Source: Nemertoderma westbladi
Taxonomy: Eukaryota; Animalia; Xenacoelomorpha
DNA length: 64,000 bases
NCBI GenBank assembly: GCA_032718475.1
Contig: JAUCBJ010005949.1
Coordinates: 1 to 64,000, forward strand
Direction: 5' to 3'
A program made the position numbers and the translations under genes. Below, in pieces: positions 11,510-25,516 of this stretch. Below the pieces are notes generated by a model. That model saw nothing but the letters and a program-made list of their open reading frames with translations, made no database searches and had not been told where the DNA came from. Each line of letters opens with the position of its first letter. Position 1 is the first letter of the stretch.

Positions 11510-14500
11510 TACACGTGAAGGACTTAGAGATTAAGTTAGTGATGGCGTTACACGTGAAGGACTTAGAGATTAAGTTAGTGATGGCGTTACACGTGAAGGA
11601 CTTAGAGATTAAGTTAGTGATGGCATTACACGTGAAGGACGTAGAGATTAAGTTAGTGATGGCGTTACACGTGAAAGACTTAGAGATTAAGTTAGTGATG
11701 GCATTACACGTGAAAGACTTAGTTAGTGATGGCGTTACACGTGAAGGACTTAGAGATTAAGTTAGTGATGGCGTTACACGTGAAGGACTTTGTGATTAAG
11801 TTAGTGATGGCATTACACGTGAAAGAATTAGAGATTAAGTTAGTGATGGCGTTACACGTGAAAGACTTAGAGATTAAGTTAGTGATGGCATTACACGTGA
11901 AAGACTTAGAGATTAAGTTAGTGATGGCGTTACACGTGAAAGACTTAGAGATTAAGTTAGTGATGGCGTTACACGTGAATGACTTAGAGATTAAGTTAGT
12001 GATGGCGTTACACATGAAGGACTTAGATATTAAGTTAGTGATGGCATTACACGTGAAAGACTTAGAGATTAATTTAGTGATGGCGTTACACGTGAAGGAC
12101 TTAGATATTAAGTTAGTGATGGCATTACACGTGAAGGACTTAGAGATTAAGTTAGTGATGGCGTTACACGTGAAAGACTTAGAGATTAAGTTAGTGATGG
12201 CGTTACACGTGAATGACTTAGAGATTAAGTTAGTGATGGCATTACACGTGAAGGACTTAGAAATTAAGTTAGTGATGGCGTTACACGTGAAGGACTTAGA
12301 TATTAATTTAGTGATGGCGTTACACGTGAAGGACTTAGATATTAAGTTAGTGATGGCGTTACACGTGAAAGACTTAGAGATTAAGTTAGTGATGGCGTTA
12401 CACGTGAATGACTTAGAGATTAAGTTAGTGATGGCATTACACGTGAATGACTTAGATATTAAGTTAGTGATGGCGTTACACGTGAAAGACTTAGAGATTA
12501 AGTTAGTGATGGCGTTACACGTGAATGACTTAGAGATTAAGTTAGTGATGGCATTACACGTGAAGGACTTAGAGATTAAGTTAGTGATGGCGTTACACGT
12601 GAATGACTTAGAGATTAAGTTAGAGATGGCGTTACACGTGAAAGACTTCGAGATTAAATTAGTGATGGCGTTACACGTGAAAGACTTAGAGATTAAGTTA
12701 GTGATGGCGTTACACGTGAAGGACTTAGATATTAATTTAGTGATGGCGTTACACGTGAAGGACTTCGAGATTAAGTTAGTGATGGCGTTACACGTGAAGG
12801 ACTTAGATATTAATTTAGTGATGGCGTTACACGTGAAGGACTTCGAGATTAAGTTAGTGATGGCGTTACACGTGAATGACTTAGAGATTAAGTTAGAGAT
12901 GGCGTTACACGTGAAGGACTTAGAGATTAAGTTAGTGATGGCGTTACACGTGAATGACTTAGAGATTAAGTTAGAGATGGCGTTACACGTGAAGGACTTA
13001 GAGATTAAGTTAGTGATGGCGTTACACGTGAATGACTTAGAGATTAAGTTAGAGATGGCGTTACACGTGAAAGACTTCGAGATTAAGTTAGTGATGGCAT
13101 TACACGTGAAGGACTTAGATATTAATTTAGTGATGGCGTTACACGTGAAGGACTTCGAGATTAAGTTAGTGATGGCGTTACACGTGAAGGACTTAGATAT
13201 TAATTTAGTGATGGCGTTACACGTGAAGGACTTCGAGATTAAGTTAGTGATGGCGTTACACGTGAATGACTTAGAGATTAAGTTAGAGATGGCGTTACAC
13301 GTGAAGGACTTAGAGATTAAGTTAGTGATGGCGTTACACGTGAATGACTTAGAGATTAAGTTAGAGATGGCGTTACACGTGAAAGACTTCGAGATTAAGT
13401 TAGTGATGGCATTACACGTGAAGGACTTAGATATTAATTTAGTGATGGCGTTACACGTGAATGACTTAGAGATTAAGTTAGAGATGGCGTTACACGTGAA
13501 GGACTTAGATATTAAGTTAGTGATGGCGTTACACGTGAAAGACTTAGAGATTAAGTTAGTGATGGCGTTACACGTGAAGGACTTAGATATTAATTTAGTG
13601 ATGGCGTTACACGTGAAGGACTTCGAGATTAAGTTAGTGATGGCGTTACACGTGAAGGACTTAGATATTAATTTAGTGATGGCGTTACACGTGAAGGACT
13701 TCGAGATTAAGTTAGTGATGGCGTTACACGTGAATGACTTAGAGATTAAGTTAGAGATGGCGTTACACGTGAAGGACTTAGAGATTAAGTTAGTGATGGC
13801 GTTACACGTGAATGACTTAGAGATTAAGTTAGAGATGGCGTTACACGTGAAAGACTTCGAGATTAAGTTAGTGATGGCATTACACGTGAAGGACTTAGAT
13901 ATTAATTTAGTGATGACGTTACACGTGAAGGACTTCGAGATTAAGTTAGTGATGGCGTTACACGTGAAGGACTTATATATTAATTTAGTGATGGCGTTTC
14001 ACGTGAAGGACTTAGAGATTAATTTAGTGATGGCGTTACACGTGAAGGACTTAGAGATTAAGTTAGTGATGGTTTTACACGTGAAGGACTTAGAGATTAA
14101 TTTAGTGATGGCGTTACACGTGAAGGACTTAGAGATTAAGTTAGTGATGGCGTTACATGTGAAAGACTTAGAGATTAAGTTAGTGATGGCGTTACACGTG
14201 AAGGACTTAGATATTAATTTAGTGATGGCGTTACACGTGAAAGACTTAGATATTAAGTTAGTGATGGCGTTACACGTGAAGGACTTCGAGATTAAGTTAG
14301 TGATGGCGTTACACGTGAAGGACTTAGATATTAATTTAGTGATGGCGTTACACGTGAAGGACTTAGAGATTAATTTAGTGATGGCGTTACACGTGAAGGA
14401 CTTAGAGATTAAGTTAGTGATGGTTTTACACGTGAAGGACTTAGAGATTAATTTAGTGATGGCGTTACACGTGAAGGACTTAGAGATTAAGTTAGTGATG

Positions 14501-17500
14501 GCGTTACATGTGAAAGACTTAGAGATTAAGTTAGTGATGGCGTTACACGTGAAGGACTTAGATATTAATTTAGTGATGGCGTTACACGTGAAAGACTTAG
14601 AGATTAATTTAGTGATGGCGTTACACGTGAAGGACTTAGAGATTAAGTTAGTGATGGCGTTACACGTGAAGGACTTAGATATTAAGTTAGTGATGGCGTT
14701 ACACGTGAAGGACTTAGATATTAAGTTAGTGATGGCGTTACACGTGAAGGACTTATATATTAATTTAGTGATGGCGTTTCACGTGAAGGACTTAGAGATT
14801 AATTTAGTGATGGCGTTACACGTGAAGGACTTAGAGATTAAGTTAGTGATGGTTTTACACGTGAAGGACTTAGAGATTAATTTAGTGATGGCGTTACACG
14901 TGAAGGACTTAGAGATTAAGTTAGTGATGGCGTTACATGTGAAAGACTTAGAGATTAAGTTAGTGATGGCGTTACACGTGAAAGACTTAGATATTAAGTT
15001 AGTGATGGCGTTACACGTGAAGGACTTCGAGATTAAGTTAGTGATGGCGTTACACGTGAAGGACTTAGATATTAATTTAGTGATGGCGTTACACGTGAAG
15101 GACTTAGAGATTAATTTAGTGATGGCGTTACACGTGAAGGACTTAGAGATTAAGTTAGTGATGGTTTTACACGTGAAGGACTTAGAGATTAATTTAGTGA
15201 TGGCGTTACACGTGAAGGACTTAGAGATTAAGTTAGTGATGGCGTTACATGTGAAGGACTTAGAGATTAATTTAGTGATGGCGTTACACGTGAAGGACTT
15301 AGAGATTAAGTTAGTGATGGCGTTACATGTGAAAGACTTAGAGATTAAGTTAGTGATGGCGTTACACGTGAAAGACTTAGATATTAAGTTAGTGATGGCG
15401 TTACACGTGAAGGACTTCGAGATTAAGTTAGTGATGGCGTTACACGTGAAGGACTTAGATATTAATTTAGTGATGGCGTTACACGTGAAGGACTTAGAGA
15501 TTAATTTAGTGATGGCGTTACACGTGAAGGACTTAGAGATTAAGTTAGTGATGGCGTTACACGTGAATGACTTAGAGATTAAGTTAGAGATGGCGTTACA
15601 CGTGAAAGACTTCGAGATTAAATTAGTGATGGCGTTACACGTGAAAGACTTAGAGATTAAGTTAGTGATGGCGTTACACGTGAAGGACTTAGATATTAAT
15701 TTAGTGATGGCGTTACACGTGAAGGACTTCGAGATTAAGTTAGTGATGGCGTTACACGTGAAGGACTTAGATATTAATTTAGTGATGGCGTTACACGTGA
15801 AGGACTTCGAGATTAAGTTAGTGATGGCGTTACACGTGAATGACTTAGAGATTAAGTTAGAGATGGCGTTACACGTGAAGGACTTAGAGATTAAGTTAGT
15901 GATGGCGTTACACGTGAATGACTTAGAGATTAAGTTAGAGATGGCGTTACACGTGAAGGACTTAGAGATTAAGTTAGTGATGGCGTTACACGTGAATGAC
16001 TTAGAGATTAAGTTAGAGATGGCGTTACACGTGAAAGACTTCGAGATTAAGTTAGTGATGGCATTACACGTGAAGGACTTAGATATTAATTTAGTGATGG
16101 CGTTACACGTGAAGGACTTCGAGATTAAGTTAGTGATGGCGTTACACGTGAAGGACTTAGATATTAATTTAGTGATGGCGTTACACGTGAAGGACTTCGA
16201 GATTAAGTTAGTGATGGCGTTACACGTGAATGACTTAGAGATTAAGTTAGAGATGGCGTTACACGTGAAGGACTTAGAGATTAAGTTAGTGATGGCGTTA
16301 CACGTGAATGACTTAGAGATTAAGTTAGAGATGGCGTTACACGTGAAAGACTTCGAGATTAAGTTAGTGATGGCATTACACGTGAAGGACTTAGATATTA
16401 ATTTAGTGATGGCGTTACACGTGAATGACTTAGAGATTAAGTTAGAGATGGCGTTACACGTGAAGGACTTAGATATTAAGTTAGTGATGGCGTTACACGT
16501 GAAAGACTTAGAGATTAAGTTAGTGATGGCGTTACACGTGAAGGACTTAGATATTAATTTAGTGATGGCGTTACACGTGAAGGACTTCGAGATTAAGTTA
16601 GTGATGGCGTTACACGTGAAGGACTTAGATATTAATTTAGTGATGGCGTTACACGTGAAGGACTTCGAGATTAAGTTAGTGATGGCGTTACACGTGAATG
16701 ACTTAGAGATTAAGTTAGAGATGGCGTTACACGTGAAGGACTTAGAGATTAAGTTAGTGATGGCGTTACACGTGAATGACTTAGAGATTAAGTTAGAGAT
16801 GGCGTTACACGTGAAAGACTTCGAGATTAAGTTAGTGATGGCATTACACGTGAAGGACTTAGATATTAATTTAGTGATGACGTTACACGTGAAGGACTTC
16901 GAGATTAAGTTAGTGATGGCGTTACACGTGAAGGACTTATATATTAATTTAGTGATGGCGTTTCACGTGAAGGACTTAGAGATTAATTTAGTGATGGCGT
17001 TACACGTGAAGGACTTAGAGATTAAGTTAGTGATGGTTTTACACGTGAAGGACTTAGAGATTAATTTAGTGATGGCGTTACACGTGAAGGACTTAGAGAT
17101 TAAGTTAGTGATGGCGTTACATGTGAAAGACTTAGAGATTAAGTTAGTGATGGCGTTACACGTGAAGGACTTAGATATTAATTTAGTGATGGCGTTACAC
17201 GTGAAAGACTTAGATATTAAGTTAGTGATGGCGTTACACGTGAAGGACTTCGAGATTAAGTTAGTGATGGCGTTACACGTGAAGGACTTAGATATTAATT
17301 TAGTGATGGCGTTACACGTGAAGGACTTAGAGATTAATTTAGTGATGGCGTTACACGTGAAGGACTTAGAGATTAAGTTAGTGATGGTTTTACACGTGAA
17401 GGACTTAGAGATTAATTTAGTGATGGCGTTACACGTGAAGGACTTAGAGATTAAGTTAGTGATGGCGTTACATGTGAAAGACTTAGAGATTAAGTTAGTG

Positions 17501-20500
17501 ATGGCGTTACACGTGAAGGACTTAGATATTAATTTAGTGATGGCGTTACACGTGAAAGACTTAGAGATTAATTTAGTGATGGCGTTACACGTGAAGGACT
17601 TAGAGATTAAGTTAGTGATGGCGTTACACGTGAAGGACTTAGATATTAAGTTAGTGATGGCGTTACACGTGAAGGACTTAGATATTAAGTTAGTGATGGC
17701 GTTACACGTGAAGGACTTATATATTAATTTAGTGATGGCGTTTCACGTGAAGGACTTAGAGATTAATTTAGTGATGGCGTTACACGTGAAGGACTTAGAG
17801 ATTAAGTTAGTGATGGTTTTACACGTGAAGGACTTAGAGATTAATTTAGTGATGGCGTTACACGTGAAGGACTTAGAGATTAAGTTAGTGATGGCGTTAC
17901 ATGTGAAAGACTTAGAGATTAAGTTAGTGATGGCGTTACACGTGAAAGACTTAGATATTAAGTTAGTGATGGCGTTACACGTGAAGGACTTCGAGATTAA
18001 GTTAGTGATGGCGTTACACGTGAAGGACTTAGATATTAATTTAGTGATGGCGTTACACGTGAAGGACTTAGAGATTAATTTAGTGATGGCGTTACACGTG
18101 AAGGACTTAGAGATTAAGTTAGTGATGGTTTTACACGTGAAGGACTTAGAGATTAATTTAGTGATGGCGTTACACGTGAAGGACTTAGAGATTAAGTTAG
18201 TGATGGCGTTACATGTGAAAGACTTAGAGATTAAGTTAGTGATGGCGTTACACGTGAAGGACTTAGATATTAATTTAGTGATGGCGTTACACGTGAAAGA
18301 CTTAGAGATTAATTTAGTGATGGCGTTACACGTGAAGGACTTAGATATTAATTTAGTGATGGCGTTACACGTGAAAGACTTAGATATTAATTTAGTGATG
18401 GCGTTACACGTGAAAGACTTAGAGATTGAGTTAGTGATGGCGTTACACGTGAAAGACTTAGATATTAATTTAGTGATGGCGTTACACGTGAAAGACTTAG
18501 AGATTAAGTTAGTGATGGCGTTACACGTGAAAGACTTAGAGATTAAGTTAGTGATGGCGTTACACGTGAAAGACTTAGAGATTAAGTTAGTGATGGCGTT
18601 ACACGTGAAAGACTTAGAGATTAAGTTAGTGATGGCGTTACACGTGAAGGACTTAGAGATTAAGTTAGTGATGGCGTTACACGTGAAGGACTTAGAGATT
18701 AAGCTAGTGATGGCGTTACACGTGAAGGACTTAGATATTAAGTTAGTGATGGCGTTACACGTGAAGGACTTAGAGATTAAGTTAGTGATGGCGTTACACG
18801 TGAAGGACTTAGATATTAAGTTAGTGATGGCGTTACACGTGAAGGACTTAGATATTAAGTTAGTGATGGCGTTACACGTGAAGGACTTAGAGATTAAGTT
18901 AGTGATGGCGTTACACGTGAAGGACTTAGATATTAAGTTAGTGATGGCGTTACACGTGAAAGACTTAGAGATTAAGTTAGTTATGGATGGCGTTACACGT
19001 GAAAGACTTAGATATTAATTTAGTGATGGCGTTACACGTGAAGGACTTAGAGATTAAGTTAGTGATGGCGTTACATGTGAAGGACTTAGAGATTAAGTTA
19101 GTGATGGCGTTACACGTGAAGGACTTAGATATTAAGTTAGTGATGGCATTACACGTGAAAGACTTAGAGATTAAGTTAGTGATGGCGTTACACGTGAAGG
19201 ACTTAGATATTAAGTTAGTGATGGCGTTACATGTGAAGGACTTAGAGATTAAGTTAGTGATGGCGTTACACGTGAAGGACTTAGATATTAAGTTAGTGAT
19301 GGCGTTACACGTGAAGGACTTAGAGATTAAGTTAGTGATGGCGTTACACGTGAATGACTTAGATATTAAGTTAGTGATGGCGTTACACGTGAAGGACTTA
19401 GATATTAAGTTAGTGATGGCGTTACACGTGAAAGACTTAGAGATAAGTTAGTGATGGCGTTACACGTGAAGGACTTAGAAATTAAGTTAGTGATGGCGTT
19501 ACACGTGAAGGACTTAGAGATTAAGTTAGTGATGGCGTTACACGTGAAAGACTTAGAGATAAGTTAGTGATGGCGTTACACGTGAAGGACTTAGAGATTA
19601 AGTTAGTGATGGCGTTACACGTGAAGGACTTAGATATTAAGTTAGTGATGGCGTTACACGTGAAAGACTTAGAGATTAAGTTAGTCATGGATGGCGTTAC
19701 ACGTGAAGGACTTAGTTACACGTGAAGGACTTAGATATTAAGTTAGTGATAGCGTTACACGTGAAAGACTTAGAGATAAGTTAGTGATGGCGTTACACGT
19801 GAAGGACTTAGAGATTAAGTTAGTGATGGCGTTACACGTGAAGGTCTTAGATATTAAGTTAGTGATGGCGTTACACGTGAAAGACTTAGAGATTAAGTTA
19901 GTCATGGATGGCGTTACACGTGAAAGACTTAGATATTAATTTAGTGATGGCGTTACACGTGAAGGACTTAGATATTAAGTTAGTGATGGCGTTACACGTG
20001 AAGGACTTAGATATTAAGTTAGTGATGGCGTTACACGTGAAAGACTTAGAGATTAAGTTAGTGATGGCGTTACACGTGAAGGACTTAGAGATTAAGTTAG
20101 TGATGGCGTTACACGTGAAGGACTTAGATATTAAGTTAGTGATGGCGTTACACGTGAAAGACTTAGAGATTAAGTTAGTCATGGATGGCGTTACACGTGA
20201 AAGACTTAGATATTAATTTAGTGATGGCGTTACACGTGAAGGACTTAGATATTAAGTTAGTGATGGCGTTACACGTGAAAGACTTAGAGATTAAGTTAGT
20301 GATGGCGTTACACGTGAAGGACTTAGAGATTAAGTTAGTGATGGCGTTACACGTGAAGGACTTAGATATTAAGTTAGTGATGGCGTTACACGTGAAAGAC
20401 TTAGAGATTAAGTTAGTCATGGATGGCGTTACACGTGAAAGACTTAGATATTAATTTAGTGATGGCGTTACACGTGAAAGACTTAGAGATTAATTTAGTG

Positions 20501-23500
20501 ATGGCGTTACACGTGAAAGACTTAGAGATTAAGTTAGTGATGGCGTTACACGTGAAAGACTTAGAGATTAAGTTAGTGATGGCGTTACACGTGAAAGAGA
20601 TTAAGTTAGTGATGGCGTTACACGTGAAGGACTTAGATATTAAGTTAGTGATGGCGTTACACGTGAAAGACTTAGATATTAATTTAGTGATGGCGTTACA
20701 CGTGAAGGACTTAGATATTAAGTTAGTGATGGCGTTACACGTGAAAGACTTAGATATTAAGTTAGTGATGGCGTTACACGTGAAAGACTTAGATATTAAG
20801 TTAGTGATGGCGTTACACGTGAAAGACTTACAGATTAATTTAGTGATGGCGTTACACGTGAAGGACTTAGATATTAAGTTAGTGATGGCGTTACACGTGA
20901 AGGACTTAGAGATTAAGTTAGTGATGGCGTTACACGTGAAGGACTTAGATATTAAGTTAGTGATGGCGTTACACGTGAAAGACTTAGATATTAAGTTAGT
21001 GATGGCGTTACACGTGAAGGACTTAGAGATTAAGTTAGTGATGGCGTTACACGTGAAGGACTTAGAGATTAAGTTAGTGATGGCGTTACACGTGAAGGAC
21101 TTAGAGATTAAGTTAGTGATGGCGTTACACGTGAAAGACTTAGAGATTAAGTTAGTGATGGCGTTACACGTGAAAGACTTAGATATTAATTTAGTGATGG
21201 CGTTACACGTGAAAGACTTAGATATTAATTTAGTGATGGCGTTACACGTGAAGGACTTAGATATTAAGTTAGTGATGGCGTTACACGTGAAAGACTTAGA
21301 TATTAAGTTAGTGATGGCGTTACACGTGAAAGACTTAGAGATTAATTTAGTGATGGCGTTACACGTGAAGGACTTAGATATTAAGTTAGTGATGGCGTTA
21401 CACGTGAAGGACTTAGAGATTAAGTTAGTGATGGCGTTACACGTGAAAGACTTAGATATTAATTTAGTGATGGCGTTACACGTGAAAGACTTAGAGATTA
21501 AGTTAGTGATGGCATTACACGTGAAGGACTTAGATATTAATTTAGTGATGGCGTTACACGTGGAAGACTTAGAGATTAAGTTAGTGATGGCGTTACACGT
21601 GAAGGACTTAGATATTAAGTTAGTGATGGCGTTACACGTGAAAGACTTAGATATTAATTTAGTGATGGCGTTACACGTGAAGGACTTAGTTACACGTGAA
21701 GGACTTAGAGATTAAGTTAGTGATGGCGTTACACGTGAAAGACTTAGATATTAAGTTAGTGATGGCGTTACACGTGAAAGACTTAGAGATTAAGTTAGTG
21801 ATGGCGTTACACGTGAAAGACTTAGATATTAATTTAGTGATGGCGTTACACGTGAAAGACTTAGAGATTAAGTTAGTGATGGCATTACACGTGAAGGACT
21901 TAGATATTAATTTAGTGATGGCGTTACACGTGGAAGACTTAGAGATTAAGTTAGTGATGGCGTTACACGTGAAGGACTTAGATATTAAGTTAGTGATGGC
22001 GTTACACGTGAAAGACTTAGATATTAATTTAGTGATGGCGTTACACGTGAAAGACTTAGATATTAATTTAGTGATGGCGTTACACGTGAAGGACTTAGAT
22101 ATTAAGTTAGTGATGGCGTTACACGTGAAAGACTTAGATATTAATTTAGTGATGGCGTTACACGTGAAGGACTTAGTTACACGTGAAGGACTTAGAGATT
22201 AAGTTAGTGATGGCGTTACACGTGAAAGACTTAGATATTAAGTTAGTGATGGCGTTACACGTGAAAGACTTAGAGATTAAGTTAGTGATGGCGTTACACG
22301 TGAAAGACTTAGATATTAATTTAGTGATGGCGTTACACGTGAAAGACTTAGAGATTAAGTTAGTGATGGCATTACACGTGAAGGACTTAGATATTAATTT
22401 AGTGATGGCGTTACACGTGGAAGACTTAGAGATTAAGTTAGTGATGGCGTTACACGTGAAGGACTTAGATATTAAGTTAGTGATGGCGTTACACGTGAAA
22501 GACTTAGATATTAATTTAGTGATGGCGTTACACGTGAAAGACTTAGATATTAATTTAGTGATGGCGTTACACGTGAAAGACTTAGAGATTAATTTAGTGA
22601 TGGCGTTACACGTGAAAGACTTAGATATTAATTTAGTCATGGCATTACACGTGAAAGACTTAGAGATTAAGTTAGTGATGGCGTTACACGTGAAGGACTT
22701 AGATATTAAGTTAGTCATGGATGGCGTTACACGTGAAAGACTTAGATATTAATTTAGTCATGGCATTACACGTGAAAGACTTAGATATTAATTTAGTGAT
22801 GGCGTTACACGTGAAAGACTTAGAGATTAAGTTAGTGATGGCGTTACATGTGAAGGACTTAGAGATTAATTTAGTGATGGCGTTACACGTGAAAGACTTA
22901 GAGATTAAGTTAGTCATGGATGGCGTTACACGTGAAAGACTTAGATATTAATTTAGTGATGGCGTTACACGTGAAGGACTTAGATATTAAGTTAGTGATG
23001 GCGTTACACGTGAAAGACTTAGATATTAAGTTAGTGATGGCGTTACACGTGAAGGACTTAGAGATTAAGTTAGTGATGGCGTTACACATGAAGGACTTAG
23101 AGATTAAGTTAGTGATGGCGTTACACCTGAAGGACTTAGAGATTAAGTTAGTGATGGCGTTACACGTGAAAGACTTAGATATTAAGTTAGTGATGGCGTT
23201 ACACGTGAAGGACTTAGAGATTAAGTTAGTGATGGCGTTACACGTGAAGGACTTAGAGATTAAGTTAGTGATGGCGTTACACGTGAAGGACTTAGAGATT
23301 AAGTTAGTGATGGCGTTACACGTGAAGGACTTAGAGATTAAGTTAGTGATGGCGTTACACGTGAAAGACTTAGAGATTAAGTTAGTGATGGCGTTACACG
23401 TGAAAGACTTAGATATTAATTTAGTGATGGCGTTACACGTGAAAGACTTAGATATTAATTTAGTGATGGCGTTACACGTGAAGGACTTAGATATTAAGTT

Positions 23501-25516
23501 AGTGATGGCGTTACACGTGAAAGACTTAGATATTAAGTTAGTGATGGCGTTACACGTGAAAGACTTAGAGATTAATTTAGTGATGGCGTTACACGTGAAG
23601 GACTTAGATATTAAGTTAGTGATGGCGTTACACGTGAAGGACTTAGAGATTAAGTTAGTGATGGCGTTACACGTGAAAGACTTAGATATTAATTTAGTGA
23701 TGGCGTTACACGTGAAAGACTTAGAGATTAAGTTAGTGATGGCATTACACGTGAAGGACTTAGATATTAATTTAGTGATGGCGTTACACGTGGAAGACTT
23801 AGAGATTAAGTTAGTGATGGCGTTACACGTGAAGGACTTAGATATTAAGTTAGTGATGGCGTTACACGTGAAAGACTTAGATATTAATTTAGTGATGGCG
23901 TTACACGTGAAGGACTTAGTTACACGTGAAGGACTTAGAGATTAAGTTAGTGATGGCGTTACACGTGAAAGACTTAGATATTAAGTTAGTGATGGCGTTA
24001 CACGTGAAAGACTTAGAGATTAAGTTAGTGATGGCGTTACACGTGAAAGACTTAGATATTAATTTAGTGATGGCGTTACACGTGAAAGACTTAGAGATTA
24101 AGTTAGTGATGGCATTACACGTGAAGGACTTAGATATTAATTTAGTGATGGTGATAAACAACCGCGACCTCTATACTAACAGCAGAACTGTTGAACAGAC
24201 AAATACTGGTATACTTCTCTGCCAACCTAATAAGTTCCCGCCTAACCAATAAGACACAAAGACTGCTCTACTGTTAAGTAAAGGGGATCAGGAGCGTGCT
24301 ATTACTAAATTGTAAGGGTTGCTAAATACAAAACCGCTACTTACCGTTAGATGGCGCTAATCTGCCGTCCACTAATATATTTTACTAATTTTACACAACT
24401 CCTGCAAAATCGCTTGTTCCTTTCTCTACCGATTGCTCGATAGAGAGCTAACTGTTCGAATCTATGAGCCACGCGGGAATAACCAAAACAATAAACCCGA
24501 GTCGGCTCCCTAAGCTTACTTAAGACGAGTGCGAGAGGCCTTGCACTCAGAGTATTCTTACGCCTAATTCTATCACTTATTAAAGCACGCTATTATCTAC
24601 GTCTTTCTAATCGCGAATACTGGAGGTTCCCTAACGTAATGTGTGAATGCGAGAATATTTAAAATATCAAAACGGTACAGTATCTGTTTCTACGTGGATA
24701 ATACCACCCCGGGTCTAAAACTGCCCGCGACTGGCTTTAGGCCAGCAAAATTACTAGCGTATCGTGCGTACCGAATAGTGCGTTCTAGCTGATTGCCCGC
24801 TAATGCAAATAACCGCTCAGCGTGAATAGTTTACAGTACACTAATTATTACCTTAGCTACTCTCCGCTATGCTGCGTACTAATTCTTAATTTTTTACTAA
24901 TTAATTACAGTCACAAATATTTAACAGCGTACTAATTACTAAGAGTTCCAGAATACGTAATTCTAATTTATCACGCAACAGGTTTCGATAGTAATAGCCT
25001 AATTTGCCGTATTACTTTGACCTAATCAATAACTAATTATCGTAACTAAGAAATAGAAATCAATCAAAGGACACGAAGCAATGTCAGTGAGAAGAGGCAA
25101 GTCGTTTCCAAGGTCTACCCAGAGCTTGGTTTAGCCGAGACACGAGGATCTGAACTTTGCATTCCTAATACTCTGCCTACCAATAATACTTGAATATAGT
25201 AGTGGCTTTATTGTACTTTAATAAGTACGGATATTTCATCTTACTGTAGTCACGTATTTATAATATGATACGGGCAGTAAGGAAAGAGAAAAGAATTATT
25301 TCTCGCCGTCACACTAAATATATAATATACGTAATTAAATAATAAACGCGAATATATATTGCACTAATCTACTAAATAATCTCTAAAATACCATACTACT
25401 AAATAAAATTAAATAAAACGATTAAAATAAAATTACATAATAATACATACATAAATATAAAAATAAAACAAATACAAATATAAAGTAATATGGTCACACA
25501 CCCACTCCAGCCGTTG

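Larger units (their letters stand above)
9251..24151 (+). repeat. 39-bp satellite, ~330 units, with higher-order structure; interrupted by an RTE insertion
   Basis: Unit AAGTTAGTGATGGCGTTACACGTGAAGGACTTAGAGATT; diagnostic variants recur at fixed multiples of 39 bp. Confidence 0.98.

Noticed and set aside
9251-24151. CRISPR-like periodicity
   Set aside because: No unique spacers, no cas genes, and a eukaryotic context.
11726-24252. 2430-aa and other (VMALHVKDLEIKL)n ORFs
   Set aside because: A 39-bp satellite unit divisible by 3; the frame is broken repeatedly outside the recently expanded core, and there are no unique domains.
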